A stretch of DNA of 64,000 bases from an uncultured delta proteobacterium (GTDB lineage: Bacteria; Desulfobacterota; Binatia; DP-6), in assembly GCA_963815115.1 (NCBI GenBank), contig CAWFFN010000007.1:640001-704000 (forward strand). Direction: 5' to 3'. A program made the position numbers and the translations under genes. Below, piece by piece: positions 1-9,394 of this stretch (positions within the stretch are counted from its first letter, which is position 1; the number at the start of each line of letters is the position of its first letter). The notes beneath the pieces were generated by a model. The model was not told the DNA's origin. It worked only from the letters and a program-made list of their open reading frames with translations, and did no database searches.

Positions 1-1
1 C

Positions 2-277
2 GGCGGTCTGGTCATCTACGCCACCGATCCCGGCCGTCGCTTCGTCTACTACTACGCCCATCTCAGCCGCTATCGGCCCGATCTCGCGCGCGGGCAACGG
101 GTCGGACGCGGCGAGGTCATCGGGTACGTCGGCACCACCGGGAACGCCGACCCACGCTCTCCGCACCTGCACTTCCAGGTGATGCTGCATCCCGGCGGCG
201 ACCGCTACTGGGACGGGATGCCGATCGATCCCCTGCCCTACTTCGCCAGCGCAGGCCGGCACTCGGCACGGCCCTGA
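2..277 (+). CDS. M23 family metallopeptidase, 3' part (runs off window start)
   Basis: Manual translation: ...YYYAHLSRY...GQRVGRGEVIGYVGTTGNA...PHLHFQV...PIDPLPY; HxH motif; TGA at 275-277. Confidence 0.9.
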   Translation, partial: GGLVIYATDPGRRFVYYYAHLSRYRPDLARGQRVGRGEVIGYVGTTGNADPRSPHLHFQVMLHPGGDRYWDGMPIDPLPYFASAGRHSARP

Positions 278-289
278 AGCCGCCGGCGC

Positions 290-1087
290 TCACGCCATGA
301 ACAGGCCGCCGTTCACGTCGAGCGCGACGCCGTTGATGTACGAGGCGTCGTCGGAGGCCAGGAACGCGATCGCGGCCGCCTGCTCCGCCGCCGTCGAGAT
401 GCGCTTGATCGGCATGAAGTACTGGTAGGCGGCGAGCCGCTCCCGCCGCGCCGCCTCCTCGGCGCTCGAGCGCGCCGCCGACACCCCGCCCGCCCGCAGC
501 ATGGGCGTGTCGACGGCGCCCGGGCAGATGGCGTTCACGCGGATTCCGCGCGGGCCGTAGTCGAAGGCGAGATGCCGGGTCAGGCCGAGGAGCCCGGCCT
601 TGCTGGTCGAGTACGCGAGCCCGCCGAGGGCGCTCTTCGAGCGCCCGGCGAGCGAGGAGACGTTGACGATCGCGCCGTGGCCGCGCGCCGCCATCGACGG
701 GATCACCGCCCGGCAGAGGAAGAACGGCCCGCTCAGGTTGACGGCCAGCACGGCGTGCCAGCGTCCGTCGTCGAGCGCCGCGATCGTCTCGAGGCCGGCC
801 GTGTCGCCGATGCCGGCGACGTTGGCGAGCACGTCCACCGGACCGAGCTCGCCCTCGACCGCATCCGCCAGCGCCGCGACCTCGGCGCTCGACGCGACGT
901 TCGTCGTGTAGGCCACCGCGCGGCCACCCGCGGCCTTGATCTGGGCCGCGGTCTCGCGCGCGCCCTCCTCGCGCCGGTCGACGACCGCCACGGCGGCGCC
1001 CTCCTGCGCCAGCCGCTCGGCCGTCGCCTTGCCGATGCCGCTCGCCGCGCCGGTGACGAGCGCGACCCGTCCGGTGAACCTCGTCAT
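290..1087 (-). CDS. SDR family NAD(P)-dependent oxidoreductase
   Basis: TGAASGIG Rossmann motif, NVAG, YSTSK catalytic YxxxK, IRVNAICPG. Confidence 0.95.
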   Translation of the reverse strand: MTRFTGRVALVTGAASGIGKATAERLAQEGAAVAVVDRREEGARETAAQIKAAGGRAVAYTTNVASSAEVAALADAVEGELGPVDVLANVAGIGDTAGLETIAALDDGRWHAVLAVNLSGPFFLCRAVIPSMAARGHGAIVNVSSLAGRSKSALGGLAYSTSKAGLLGLTRHLAFDYGPRGIRVNAICPGAVDTPMLRAGGVSAARSSAEEAARRERLAAYQYFMPIKRISTAAEQAAAIAFLASDDASYINGVALDVNGGLFMA

Positions 1088-1123
1088 GACACCATCATGG
1101 CACGGCGCGGCCAATCGAGTCGC

Positions 1124-4100
1124 TCAGGTGCCGGCCGCCACCCCCAGGTCGCGCTGGAGGTCGGCGTCCGACAGGGAGCGCAGGGCGGCGGCGAGCAGCG
1201 AGCGGCGCCGGGCGTCGTGGCGCTCCGCGTCCACGCGCCGGCCCGAGCGCGTGGCCGCCTCGGCGAGCAGGCCGAGGGCAGCCCGGCTGGCGCGCGTGCA
1301 GCCGATGGCATCCGCGATCCGCAGGGCATCGGCCAGCGCGGGCTCGGCCTCGTCGCGGCGATCCATGGACAGGAGGGCCTCGCCGGCGAGCACCAGCGCG
1401 CGCGCTTCCAACCTCGGCGCGCGGTGCCGTCGGGTTCCGTCGACCTCCAGCCGGGCGAGTTCCAGGGCACGCTCCGGCGCTCCCCTGCGCAGCGCGACCA
1501 GTCCCTCCGCGTGGGTCGCGTGCAGGGAGTAGCGCCAGCGCATCCAGGGGTTGCCCGGTCGGGCGAGCGACTGCGTGATCGGCTCGAGATACCCGAGCGC
1601 ACCCTCGACGTCGCCCAGGGCGAGGTGGTTCGTCGCCAGGTTGATCTCGGAGTTGCTCACGATCTCCGGATCGCCGATCTCGTGGGCCAGCGCCGCGGCC
1701 CGGGCATTGGCATCGCGCGCGCGCGCATGGCTGCCGATCTCGGCCAGACACCAGCCCAGCGTATTCAGGAGACGGCTCTTCCACACCCGGTCGCCGATCC
1801 GCTCGCACACCTCGGCCGCCTCGGTGAGATGTGCGATGGCGCGGCCGTAGTCACCCAGGCAGCAGAATGCCTTGCCGAGAAACCATCCCGGCCAGACCAC
1901 CAGATGCGCCAGGCGCAGCCGGCGGCCAGCGGCGATGACCTCCTCGCTGATGGCGATCGAGCGCCGGTAGTCGCCCGTCCACTCCGCGACCTGCGCCATG
2001 TCGAAGCGGATCAGCCCGATGAGCGCCTCGTCGCCCGTCGCCTCGGCCAGGCGGACCGCGCGGTGCAGCGCCTCCTCCTCGGCGTCGACCTCGCCGCCGC
2101 AGACGGCGCGGAAGAAGCCCCGGTTGGCGGTGGCGAGCGCCTCGGCCCCCACGAGCCGGTGGCGGTGGGCGAGCCGCATGGCGAGATCGACGGAGGCGTC
2201 GGCGCGCTCGTACGCATTCCCCCAGAAGTAGCTGAGGCCCGCCATCGCCAGATTGACGCCGCGCGCGCCCAGATCGGCGCTGCGCTCGGCGGCGCGCGAG
2301 AACGCCTCGCCCGACGCCACGAACTCGTTCACGTAGAAGGAGGCGAGCGCGAGCTGCTCCTCGAGGCGGCGGCGCCGCTCGTCGGGCACCATCGCACCGA
2401 GCCGGTCCGCGACGGAGAGCGCCTGGCGGCAGTGTGCCACCACGGCCCGGTTGGCGAAGCTCTCGGCGGCCTTGTCGGCGGCCCGCTCGTGGTAGTGGAG
2501 CGCGCGCTCCCAGGCCTCGGCGCGACCGAAATGGTAGGCCAGCGTCTCGTAGAACTCGGCCAGGCGGTCGGCATAGAGCTCCTCGATGGCGTGACCGATG
2601 GTGTCGTGCAGGGCGCGGCGGCGGTCGTGCAGCACGCTCTCGTAGGCCACGTCGTGGGTGAGCGCATGCTTGAACATGTAGGCCAGCTCGGGATGCGTCG
2701 CCTTCTCGTAGATGAGCTCGAGCGCGCGCAGCTCGTCCACGTGCGTCCGCACGCGCGAGCCGGTCTCGGTGATGCGCTCGAGCAAGCGGAGCGCGAACTC
2801 GCGCCCGATCACGGATGCCACCTGGATGGCCCGCCTGGCGTCGTCTGCCAGCCGATCCAGGCGGGCGACGAGCACGTCCTGGATGCTGTCCGGCACGGTG
2901 ATGTCGCCGAGGTCGCGCGCCAGCACCACGTGCCCGTTCTCGCGCCGGAGCGTGCCGTCCTCGAGCAGCGAGCGGGTCACCTCCTCGACGAAGAACGGGT
3001 TGCCCTCCGCCTTGCCGGCGATGAGCGAGCGGACGGCCGCCGGGACCTCCGCCGTCCCGAGCAGCGCACCGGTGATGTCGGCCATCTCGCCCGACGACAG
3101 CGGCCGCAGGGTGACCCGGGCGTGGTAGCTGCGATCGCCGAAGGGATGCCGGTAGCCGGGACGGTGCGAGCATACGAGCAACGCCCGCGTGGTCGGTACC
3201 ACGTCGGCGATGAAGGCGAGGTACTCCTCGGACGCCGGATCGATCCAGTGCAGGTCCTCGATCACGACGACGAGCGGGGCGCGCTCCGCGACCCGCAGGG
3301 TGATCGCCTTCAAGGCGCGGAAGAGCTCGCTCCGCCGGCTCGCCGAGTCGAGCGCCGCCACCGCGGCATCTCGTGGCGCGAGGCCGAGCACCTGGCGCAC
3401 GAACGGCACCGTCCATCCCAGATCGCCGCCGAGCTGCGCGATGGCGGCATCGACCTTCGCACCCGCGCTCGCCTCGTCGTCCTGATCGTCGATGCCCCAC
3501 GTCCGCCGCAGGCCGTCGACGATCGGCAGGAAGGCCGTCGTGGAACCGTACGAGGCGCACCGTCCCTCGACCCAGCGGTGCGCCGTGTCACCCAGTCGCT
3601 GGCGAAATTCCGCCAGGAGCCGGGACTTGCCGAGGCCGGCTTCGCCGACGATGAAGACGACCTGCCCGCTGCCCGCAGCGGCGCTCTCGAAGCTCTCGTG
3701 AAGCAGCGCGAGCTCGCGCTCGCGTCCGACGAACGGGCTCTGCCCGGGAACGTCGATGGAAGCTCCCCCCGGCACCGGCCGGCGCCCGATGGCGGCATGT
3801 GCCCGCAGCGTGTCGGATTCCCCGATCCGCAGGTCGCGTGCTCGCAGCTCGCACCACGACTCGATGCGCCGCGCGGCCGGTGCCGACACCAGGATCTCGC
3901 CGCTCCCGGCATGGCCGAGCAGCCGCTCGGCCAGCGCCAGGGTGTCCCCGACCGCCAGCAGCCGCGGCGGAGCGTCGCGCGCCGAGGTATCGACGTGGAC
4001 CGCCCCGACGTGGACCGCCATACGCAGCTCCGGAGACGGGTCGCGCTCCTCGTGCGGATGGCTGGCGGCAAGCTGCTGGATCGCGAGCGCGGCCAGCACC

Positions 4101-5353
4101 GCCCGTTGCGGCAGCTGCTCGAGCGCGCGCGGGATGCCGAAGACCGCCGTCAGGCGTGACGGCGCACGCGTGAGGACGGTTCCCTCGAATCCCGCCACGT
4201 GCTCCTCGATCCGCGTCTCCCAGCGGCGCGCGAGGGTCCACGGCTCGTAGGCGTGCTCGGGCAGCACGAGATCGACCGCCAGGAGGGCGACCGGCTTCTG
4301 CTCCCAGGTCGGCTCGGACTCGACCAGGGGCGGCGATGCCGCAGGTGAGCTCGCGGGAGGTGGCGGGTCGGAGGCCTCCGGGTCGGGCCGCTCGATGCCG
4401 TGACGGCGCATGCGGTGCCGGAGCGCGTTTCGTCCGATGCCGAGCAGTCGCGCCGCCCGCACGACGTTGCCGCCCGAGCGCGCGAGCGCCTCGCGAATGC
4501 GTGTGGCCTCGTCGTTCGCCACCACCGGCGGCTCCGGGCTCGACGGCGGCACCAGCGGCACGCGGAGCCGTTCGATCACCTCGCGCCCGACGTCGGCCGC
4601 CGGCACCAGCAGGGTCACGCGCTCCATCAGATGACTCAGCTCGCGCACGTTACCCGGCCAGTCGTACGCCAGCAGCCATCGCCGGGCCGCGTCGTCGAGC
4701 CGTTTGGGAGCGAGGCCGTGCGCGCGGGCGTGGACGGCGAGGAAGTGCTCGGCGAGCCCGAGCACGTCGCCGCCCCGCTGTCGCAGCGCGGGAAGGTCCA
4801 GAATGACGACCGCGAGGCGGTGATAGAGATCCGCCCGGAAGGCTCCGGCGGCGACCAGCGTCCGCAGCTCCTTCTGGGTCGCGGCGATCAGCTTCGCATC
4901 GACGTGCCGGCTGGTCACGCCACCGAGGCGACGCACGCTCTTCTCCTCGATCGCCTTCAGCAGCTTGCTCTGCAGCAGCACCGGCAGGGAGTCGATCTCG
5001 TCGAGAAACAGGGTCCCGCCCGCGGCCGTCTCGAAGAGACCGGGCTTGGCGCGCTTCGCATCGGTGAATGCGCCGGCCTCGAAGCCGAACAGCTCTGCCT
5101 CCAGCATGGTGTCCGGGATGGCCGCGCAATTGACGTCGACGAACGGTCCGGCTGCCCGCCCGCCGCTCAGATGGATCACCCGGGCGACGAGGCCCTTGCC
5201 GGTGCCCGTCTCGCCCTGGAGCAGCACGGTCGGGACGTTGGGATTGCCGGGCGTGTCGAACGCCGACAGGACGCGGATCTGCTCGCGCAGCTCCGCGACC
5301 GCTGGCGCATCGCCGATCAGCGCGTCCATCGACTGGTCCGCCATCGTGGCCAT
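1124..5353 (-). CDS. Sigma-54 enhancer-binding AAA+ / Fis-HTH / degenerate class III cyclase / STAND ATPase / TPR fusion protein
   Basis: GETGTGKG, ELFGFEAGAFTDA, LFLDEI, WPGNVREL, HTH (GNVVRAARLLGIGRNAL), cyclase-like LRMAVHVG, second P-loop GEAGLGKS, Walker B VVIEDLHW, GNPFFVEE, helical TPR-like C-terminus; start codon uncertain (5344/5353/5383). Confidence 0.88.
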   Translation of the reverse strand: MATMADQSMDALIGDAPAVAELREQIRVLSAFDTPGNPNVPTVLLQGETGTGKGLVARVIHLSGGRAAGPFVDVNCAAIPDTMLEAELFGFEAGAFTDAKRAKPGLFETAAGGTLFLDEIDSLPVLLQSKLLKAIEEKSVRRLGGVTSRHVDAKLIAATQKELRTLVAAGAFRADLYHRLAVVILDLPALRQRGGDVLGLAEHFLAVHARAHGLAPKRLDDAARRWLLAYDWPGNVRELSHLMERVTLLVPAADVGREVIERLRVPLVPPSSPEPPVVANDEATRIREALARSGGNVVRAARLLGIGRNALRHRMRRHGIERPDPEASDPPPPASSPAASPPLVESEPTWEQKPVALLAVDLVLPEHAYEPWTLARRWETRIEEHVAGFEGTVLTRAPSRLTAVFGIPRALEQLPQRAVLAALAIQQLAASHPHEERDPSPELRMAVHVGAVHVDTSARDAPPRLLAVGDTLALAERLLGHAGSGEILVSAPAARRIESWCELRARDLRIGESDTLRAHAAIGRRPVPGGASIDVPGQSPFVGRERELALLHESFESAAAGSGQVVFIVGEAGLGKSRLLAEFRQRLGDTAHRWVEGRCASYGSTTAFLPIVDGLRRTWGIDDQDDEASAGAKVDAAIAQLGGDLGWTVPFVRQVLGLAPRDAAVAALDSASRRSELFRALKAITLRVAERAPLVVVIEDLHWIDPASEEYLAFIADVVPTTRALLVCSHRPGYRHPFGDRSYHARVTLRPLSSGEMADITGALLGTAEVPAAVRSLIAGKAEGNPFFVEEVTRSLLEDGTLRRENGHVVLARDLGDITVPDSIQDVLVARLDRLADDARRAIQVASVIGREFALRLLERITETGSRVRTHVDELRALELIYEKATHPELAYMFKHALTHDVAYESVLHDRRRALHDTIGHAIEELYADRLAEFYETLAYHFGRAEAWERALHYHERAADKAAESFANRAVVAHCRQALSVADRLGAMVPDERRRRLEEQLALASFYVNEFVASGEAFSRAAERSADLGARGVNLAMAGLSYFWGNAYERADASVDLAMRLAHRHRLVGAEALATANRGFFRAVCGGEVDAEEEALHRAVRLAEATGDEALIGLIRFDMAQVAEWTGDYRRSIAISEEVIAAGRRLRLAHLVVWPGWFLGKAFCCLGDYGRAIAHLTEAAEVCERIGDRVWKSRLLNTLGWCLAEIGSHARARDANARAAALAHEIGDPEIVSNSEINLATNHLALGDVEGALGYLEPITQSLARPGNPWMRWRYSLHATHAEGLVALRRGAPERALELARLEVDGTRRHRAPRLEARALVLAGEALLSMDRRDEAEPALADALRIADAIGCTRASRAALGLLAEAATRSGRRVDAERHDARRRSLLAAALRSLSDADLQRDLGVAAGT

Positions 5354-5445
5354 GTGTGGCCCGAGGGGCCAAAGCTGGCCCATCGGGGCCTCATTCCGGC
5401 GACTGAATAGGCCGATTCTCGCCCGAGTACAAGAAATTCGGCGTC

Positions 5446-5460
5446 TGGCATCGTCCTTGC
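5446..5460 (+). promoter_or_regulatory. Sigma-54 (-24/-12) promoter
   Basis: TGGCATCGTCCTTGC, exact GG-N10-GC spacing, ~50 bp upstream of the methyltransferase ATG, divergent from the activator gene. Confidence 0.8.
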
Positions 5461-5511
5461 CAATAGCGGGCCAGGACGGCACGAGCCGCTCTCGAGGGAG
5501 GATCGACGACG

Positions 5512-6570
5512 ATGGCAGTGAGCGAGCAAGAGGTCACGGAATTCATCCACAAGGCGATCGGTGATCTGGGGGGAGCCCTCACGGCATCCCTGGTGGTCAT
5601 CGGTGACAAGCTGGGACTCTACAAGGCGCTGGCCGGCGCCGGCGGCCTCACGCCGGCCGAGCTGGCCGCCCGCACCAAGACGTCCGAGCGGTACGTGCGC
5701 GAGTGGTGCTCTGCGCAGGCAGCCGCCGGCTATCTGACCTATGACCCCTCCGGTGGTCGCTTCACCCTCCCCGACGCGCACGCCGCGGCGCTGGCGGACG
5801 AGGACAGCCCGGCGTGCGTGCTGGGCGGCTTCCAGGGGATGACCGCCGCGACCCGGGTGACGCCGAGGATGGTCGAGGCGTTCCGCACGGGCAAGGGAAT
5901 CGGCTGGCACGAGCAGGATCCGGATCTGTTCGCGGGCACCGAGCGCTTCTTCCGGCCCGGCTACAGCGCCCACCTCGTGAACGGCTGGATCCCGGCGCTG
6001 GACGGCGTGGTGGCGAAGCTCGAGCGCGGTGCGCGCGTGGCCGACATCGGCTGCGGGCACGGCGCGTCCTCGGTGATCCTCGCCAAGGCATTCCCGAACT
6101 CGACGTTCGTCGGGTTCGACTACCATCCGCCGTCGGTCGAGGCAGCGCGGCAGCGCGCGCAGTCAGCGGGCGTCGCGGACCGCCTGCGCTTCGAGGTCGC
6201 GTCGGCCAAGAACTTCCCCGGCACGGGCTACGACCTCGTCGCGTTCTTCGACTGCCTGCACGACATGGGCGACCCGGTGGGGGCGGCACGCCACGTCCGT
6301 GGATCGCTCGCTGCGGACGGGACCTGGCTCCTGGTCGAGCCCTTCGCGCACGACAAGATCGAGGACAACCTGAATCCGCTCGGCCGCGTCTTCTACTCGG
6401 TCTCGACCCTGGTCTGCACGCCGGCCTCGCTGTCGCAGGAGGTCGGACTCGCCCTCGGCGCGCAGGCGGGCGAGGCGCGGCTCCAGGCGGTGCTTCGCGA
6501 GGCCGGCTTCACCCGCGTCCGGCGCGCCACCGAGACGCCCTTCAACCTGGTGATCGAGGCGCGCCCCTGA
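5512..6570 (+). CDS. Class I SAM-dependent methyltransferase with N-terminal winged helix (Rv2258c-like)
   Basis: GGAGG RBS; IGDKLGLY...ERYVREW; VADIGCGHG motif I; FFDCLHDMGDP. Confidence 0.92.
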   Translation: MAVSEQEVTEFIHKAIGDLGGALTASLVVIGDKLGLYKALAGAGGLTPAELAARTKTSERYVREWCSAQAAAGYLTYDPSGGRFTLPDAHAAALADEDSPACVLGGFQGMTAATRVTPRMVEAFRTGKGIGWHEQDPDLFAGTERFFRPGYSAHLVNGWIPALDGVVAKLERGARVADIGCGHGASSVILAKAFPNSTFVGFDYHPPSVEAARQRAQSAGVADRLRFEVASAKNFPGTGYDLVAFFDCLHDMGDPVGAARHVRGSLAADGTWLLVEPFAHDKIEDNLNPLGRVFYSVSTLVCTPASLSQEVGLALGAQAGEARLQAVLREAGFTRVRRATETPFNLVIEARP

Positions 6571-6611
6571 GGCATCTGGCCACGGCACCGCCGGCCCGCT
6601 AGCTTCCGCGC

Positions 6612-7484
6612 GTGACCACGTTCGACGAGTGGCTCGCGGGAGGCGGCCGCCGGGCGGTGTCGGTGGCCTCGGGGACCTGGCAGATCTTCGCGCGGACCGA
6701 CGGAGCCGGCGAGTGGTGCACGCTGCTCCATGGCTTCCCGACGTCGTCCTTCGACTGGCACACGATCTGGGAAGACCTGCGCGCCCGACGTCGCCTGCTG
6801 ACGTTCGACTTCCTCGGCTTCGGCGACTCGGACAAACCCTCCGATCACACCTACGCGATCCACGAGCAGGCCGACATCACCGAGGCCATCTGGCGAGCCC
6901 ACGGCGTCCGGCGCACCGCGCTCGTGGTGCACGACTACGGAGTGTCGGTCGGCCAGGAGCTGCTCGCACGACTGGCGTCGGGCACGCTCGGGGTGGACGT
7001 CACCGTCGCGGTCTTCCTGAACGGCGGGCTCTATCCCGAGATGCACCGGCCTCAGCCGGCTCAGCTGATGCTGCTCGACCCGGAGCAGGGCCCGCGCATG
7101 GGCGAGCTGATCAACGAGGAGCGCTTCGGCCGCGGGCTCTCGCCCACCTTCTCTCCCGCTCATCAACCCTCGCAGGCCGAGCTGCACGAGCTGTGGCTGT
7201 CGGTCGCTCGCCGGGACGGCCATCGCATCGGACATCGTCTCATCCAGTACATCCCCGACCGCCGGCAGCACCGCGATCGCTGGGTCCACGCCCTCGAGAC
7301 CACCAGGGTGCCGCGCCACTTCGTCTGGGGAGACCTCGATCCGGTCTCCGGCGCTCACATGGCGGCGCGCATCGCGGAGGGCATTCCCGCCGCCGACCTG
7401 GTGCGACTCGCCGACGTCGGCCACTGGCCCCAGCTCGAGGCGCCGGAGGTGGTCCGGTCACGGCTCGAGGGGGTGCTCGTCTGA
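6612..7484 (+). CDS. Alpha/beta hydrolase (epoxide hydrolase/MEST-like)
   Basis: LLHGFPTSSFDW, DFLGFGDSDKP, VHDYG nucleophile elbow, GHWPQLE. Confidence 0.92.
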   Translation: MTTFDEWLAGGGRRAVSVASGTWQIFARTDGAGEWCTLLHGFPTSSFDWHTIWEDLRARRRLLTFDFLGFGDSDKPSDHTYAIHEQADITEAIWRAHGVRRTALVVHDYGVSVGQELLARLASGTLGVDVTVAVFLNGGLYPEMHRPQPAQLMLLDPEQGPRMGELINEERFGRGLSPTFSPAHQPSQAELHELWLSVARRDGHRIGHRLIQYIPDRRQHRDRWVHALETTRVPRHFVWGDLDPVSGAHMAARIAEGIPAADLVRLADVGHWPQLEAPEVVRSRLEGVLV

Positions 7485-7627
7485 TCCACCTCGGGTGATC
7501 GCCGCACTGGACGCCCGCGAGCGAGACTTCGGACGTCTCAGGGCGATCGCCGCCGCAGCGATGCATCCACGGTGCCCTCGATCACCGCCGGCGTGTCGAG
7601 CGACCCCGCGATTGCGCGAAGACTCGA

Positions 7628-7647
7628 GGTGTGTAAGTATACACACC
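7628..7647. promoter_or_regulatory. Palindromic operator of the vapBC-like operon
   Basis: GGTGTGT-AAGTAT-ACACACC perfect 7-bp inverted repeat abutting the antitoxin ATG. Confidence 0.65.
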
Positions 7648-7929
7648 ATGCGGCGCGTTCAGCTCATGCTGTCCGAGCATCTCGATGCCGCGCTGTCGGC
7701 GGAGGCACGCCGCGGCGGCATGTCGCGCTCGGCTGCGGCGCGGCGGCTGCTCGAACGAGCGCTTCGCGAGCGCGACGAGGGGCAGACCGACGGAACGAGG
7801 CTCCTGAAGATCGCGGGGATCGTCGACTCGACGGGGGCGTCCGACACCCGCGACGTCGATGAGGTGGTGTATGGCGTGGCCAGACGGGCGGGTCTTCGTC
7901 GACAGCGGACCGCTCATCGCGCTCGCTGA
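7648..7929 (+). CDS. CopG/RHH antitoxin (VapB-like)
   Basis: MRRVQLML...LSAEARRGGMSRSAAARRLL ribbon-helix-helix pattern; DEVVYG-type tail; overlaps the PIN gene. Confidence 0.75.
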   Translation: MRRVQLMLSEHLDAALSAEARRGGMSRSAAARRLLERALRERDEGQTDGTRLLKIAGIVDSTGASDTRDVDEVVYGVARRAGLRRQRTAHRAR

Positions 7930-8290
7930 CCGCGGCGATCCGCGCCACGCCGAGGCCCGGCGGTTCTTCGGACGCAAGGCGTCCGGGCTGCTCACCCACG
8001 CGGGTGTGCTGGCCGAGGCGGTGACCTTCGTCCGCTACCGTTTCGGCCATGCGCCGGCTCGGCGGCTCGGCGACCACGTCCGGACCGGGCGAGCACTCAC
8101 CCTGCTCCCGATCGAGCTGAGCGATGATCTCGACGGATGGCGCTGGTTCCTGCGCTACCGCGACCAGCGATTCAGCCTCGTCGATTGCTGGAGCTTCGCC
8201 GTGATGACGCGCCTGGGCATCCGCGACGTCGCCACCTTCGACGACGACTTTGCCATCGCGGGGTTCACTCCGGTGTTCGCCAGCGGCTGA
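7871..8290 (+). CDS. vapC: PIN-domain VapC toxin
   Basis: VFVDSGPLIAL, VLAE, FSLVDCWSFAVM, TFDDDF acidic PIN residues. Confidence 0.9.
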   Translation: MAWPDGRVFVDSGPLIALADRGDPRHAEARRFFGRKASGLLTHAGVLAEAVTFVRYRFGHAPARRLGDHVRTGRALTLLPIELSDDLDGWRWFLRYRDQRFSLVDCWSFAVMTRLGIRDVATFDDDFAIAGFTPVFASG

Positions 8291-8371
8291 CGGCGTCGCG
8301 TCCAGCGACGATGTGATGCGCGCGGTGACGGTCGCGGCCGGCGCCCCGGCCGTCACTCCCACCTTCCTTCT

Positions 8372-9223
8372 TCACCCGCGGTGGAGGCGGAACTCGCCCC
8401 GGGCCACCACGACAGCGGCGCCCCCCACCTCGATGATCGGGGAAGCGGCGTCCCCGCGCACGCGCGCGTGCAGCAGTGACGGGCGCTTCATCTCCGCACC
8501 CTGCTCGATGCGGATCGTCGTGCCGAACGGCACCCGGCCGTGGCGGGCGAGGTGCAGGGCGAGGGGGCCGGCGGCGGAGCCGGTGGCGGGATCCTCGGGG
8601 ACGCCGCTCGCCGGCGCGAACATGCGCGTCTTCCAGTGCTCGCCCGCACCGGAGAAGACGTTGGTCCCTCCCGCGGGGAGCACCTCCAGCCGCCCCATGT
8701 CGGGCCGGACCGCAGCGACCGCATCGCGAGACGGCAGCGCCACGAAGACGTGCGTCATGCCGTTGTCGTAGATCTCGACCGGGAGCTCCGAGCGTTCGAC
8801 GCCGAGGGCTGCCAGCAGCTCCGCCGTGCGCGCGAACGGCGCCACCGTCGGCGCCGGTTGCGTCATCCAGCCGAAGACGACCCGCGGCCCCTCCCGCTCC
8901 AGACGCACTGGCACCACACCCGCACCCGTCTCGAGCCGGATCTCGGCGAGCTGCGTCGACTCCCCGACCACGAACGCGGTGCCCAGCGTCGGGTGCCCGG
9001 CAAACGGCAGCTCGCGCTCGGGGGTGAAGATACGTACGCGCAGGTGGCCGCCCGCCTCGGCCGGCAGCACGAAGGTGCTCTCCGAGAAGCGCATCTCGCG
9101 CGCCAGCGCCTGCATCAGCTCGGCGTCCAGCCCGCGGGCGTCCGTGAAGACGGCGAGCTGGTTTCCGGTCAGCGCTCGGTCGGTGAAGACGTCGCACACG
9201 ACGTAGCGGATCGGGGGATGCAT
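8372..9223 (-). CDS. PhzF family isomerase/epimerase
   Basis: DVFT...GNQLAV, SESTFV, RIFTP.RELPFAGHPTLG, EDPATGSA. Confidence 0.95.
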   Translation of the reverse strand: MHPPIRYVVCDVFTDRALTGNQLAVFTDARGLDAELMQALAREMRFSESTFVLPAEAGGHLRVRIFTPERELPFAGHPTLGTAFVVGESTQLAEIRLETGAGVVPVRLEREGPRVVFGWMTQPAPTVAPFARTAELLAALGVERSELPVEIYDNGMTHVFVALPSRDAVAAVRPDMGRLEVLPAGGTNVFSGAGEHWKTRMFAPASGVPEDPATGSAAGPLALHLARHGRVPFGTTIRIEQGAEMKRPSLLHARVRGDAASPIIEVGGAAVVVARGEFRLHRG

Positions 9224-9394
9224 GGCGTGCCGACTCTAGGCAGGCCACCGAGCGGATGCCAGCACGCCGGGTTGACGGGCACGGGCCGGCCACGATTCGA
9301 TCCCGACCTGGCCGCCCCGTGATCGGGCACGTATCCTGGCGGGCTGCTCGCCCGTCATCCAGGGTAGACCTTTCCGACGACTCGAGGAGGATCG

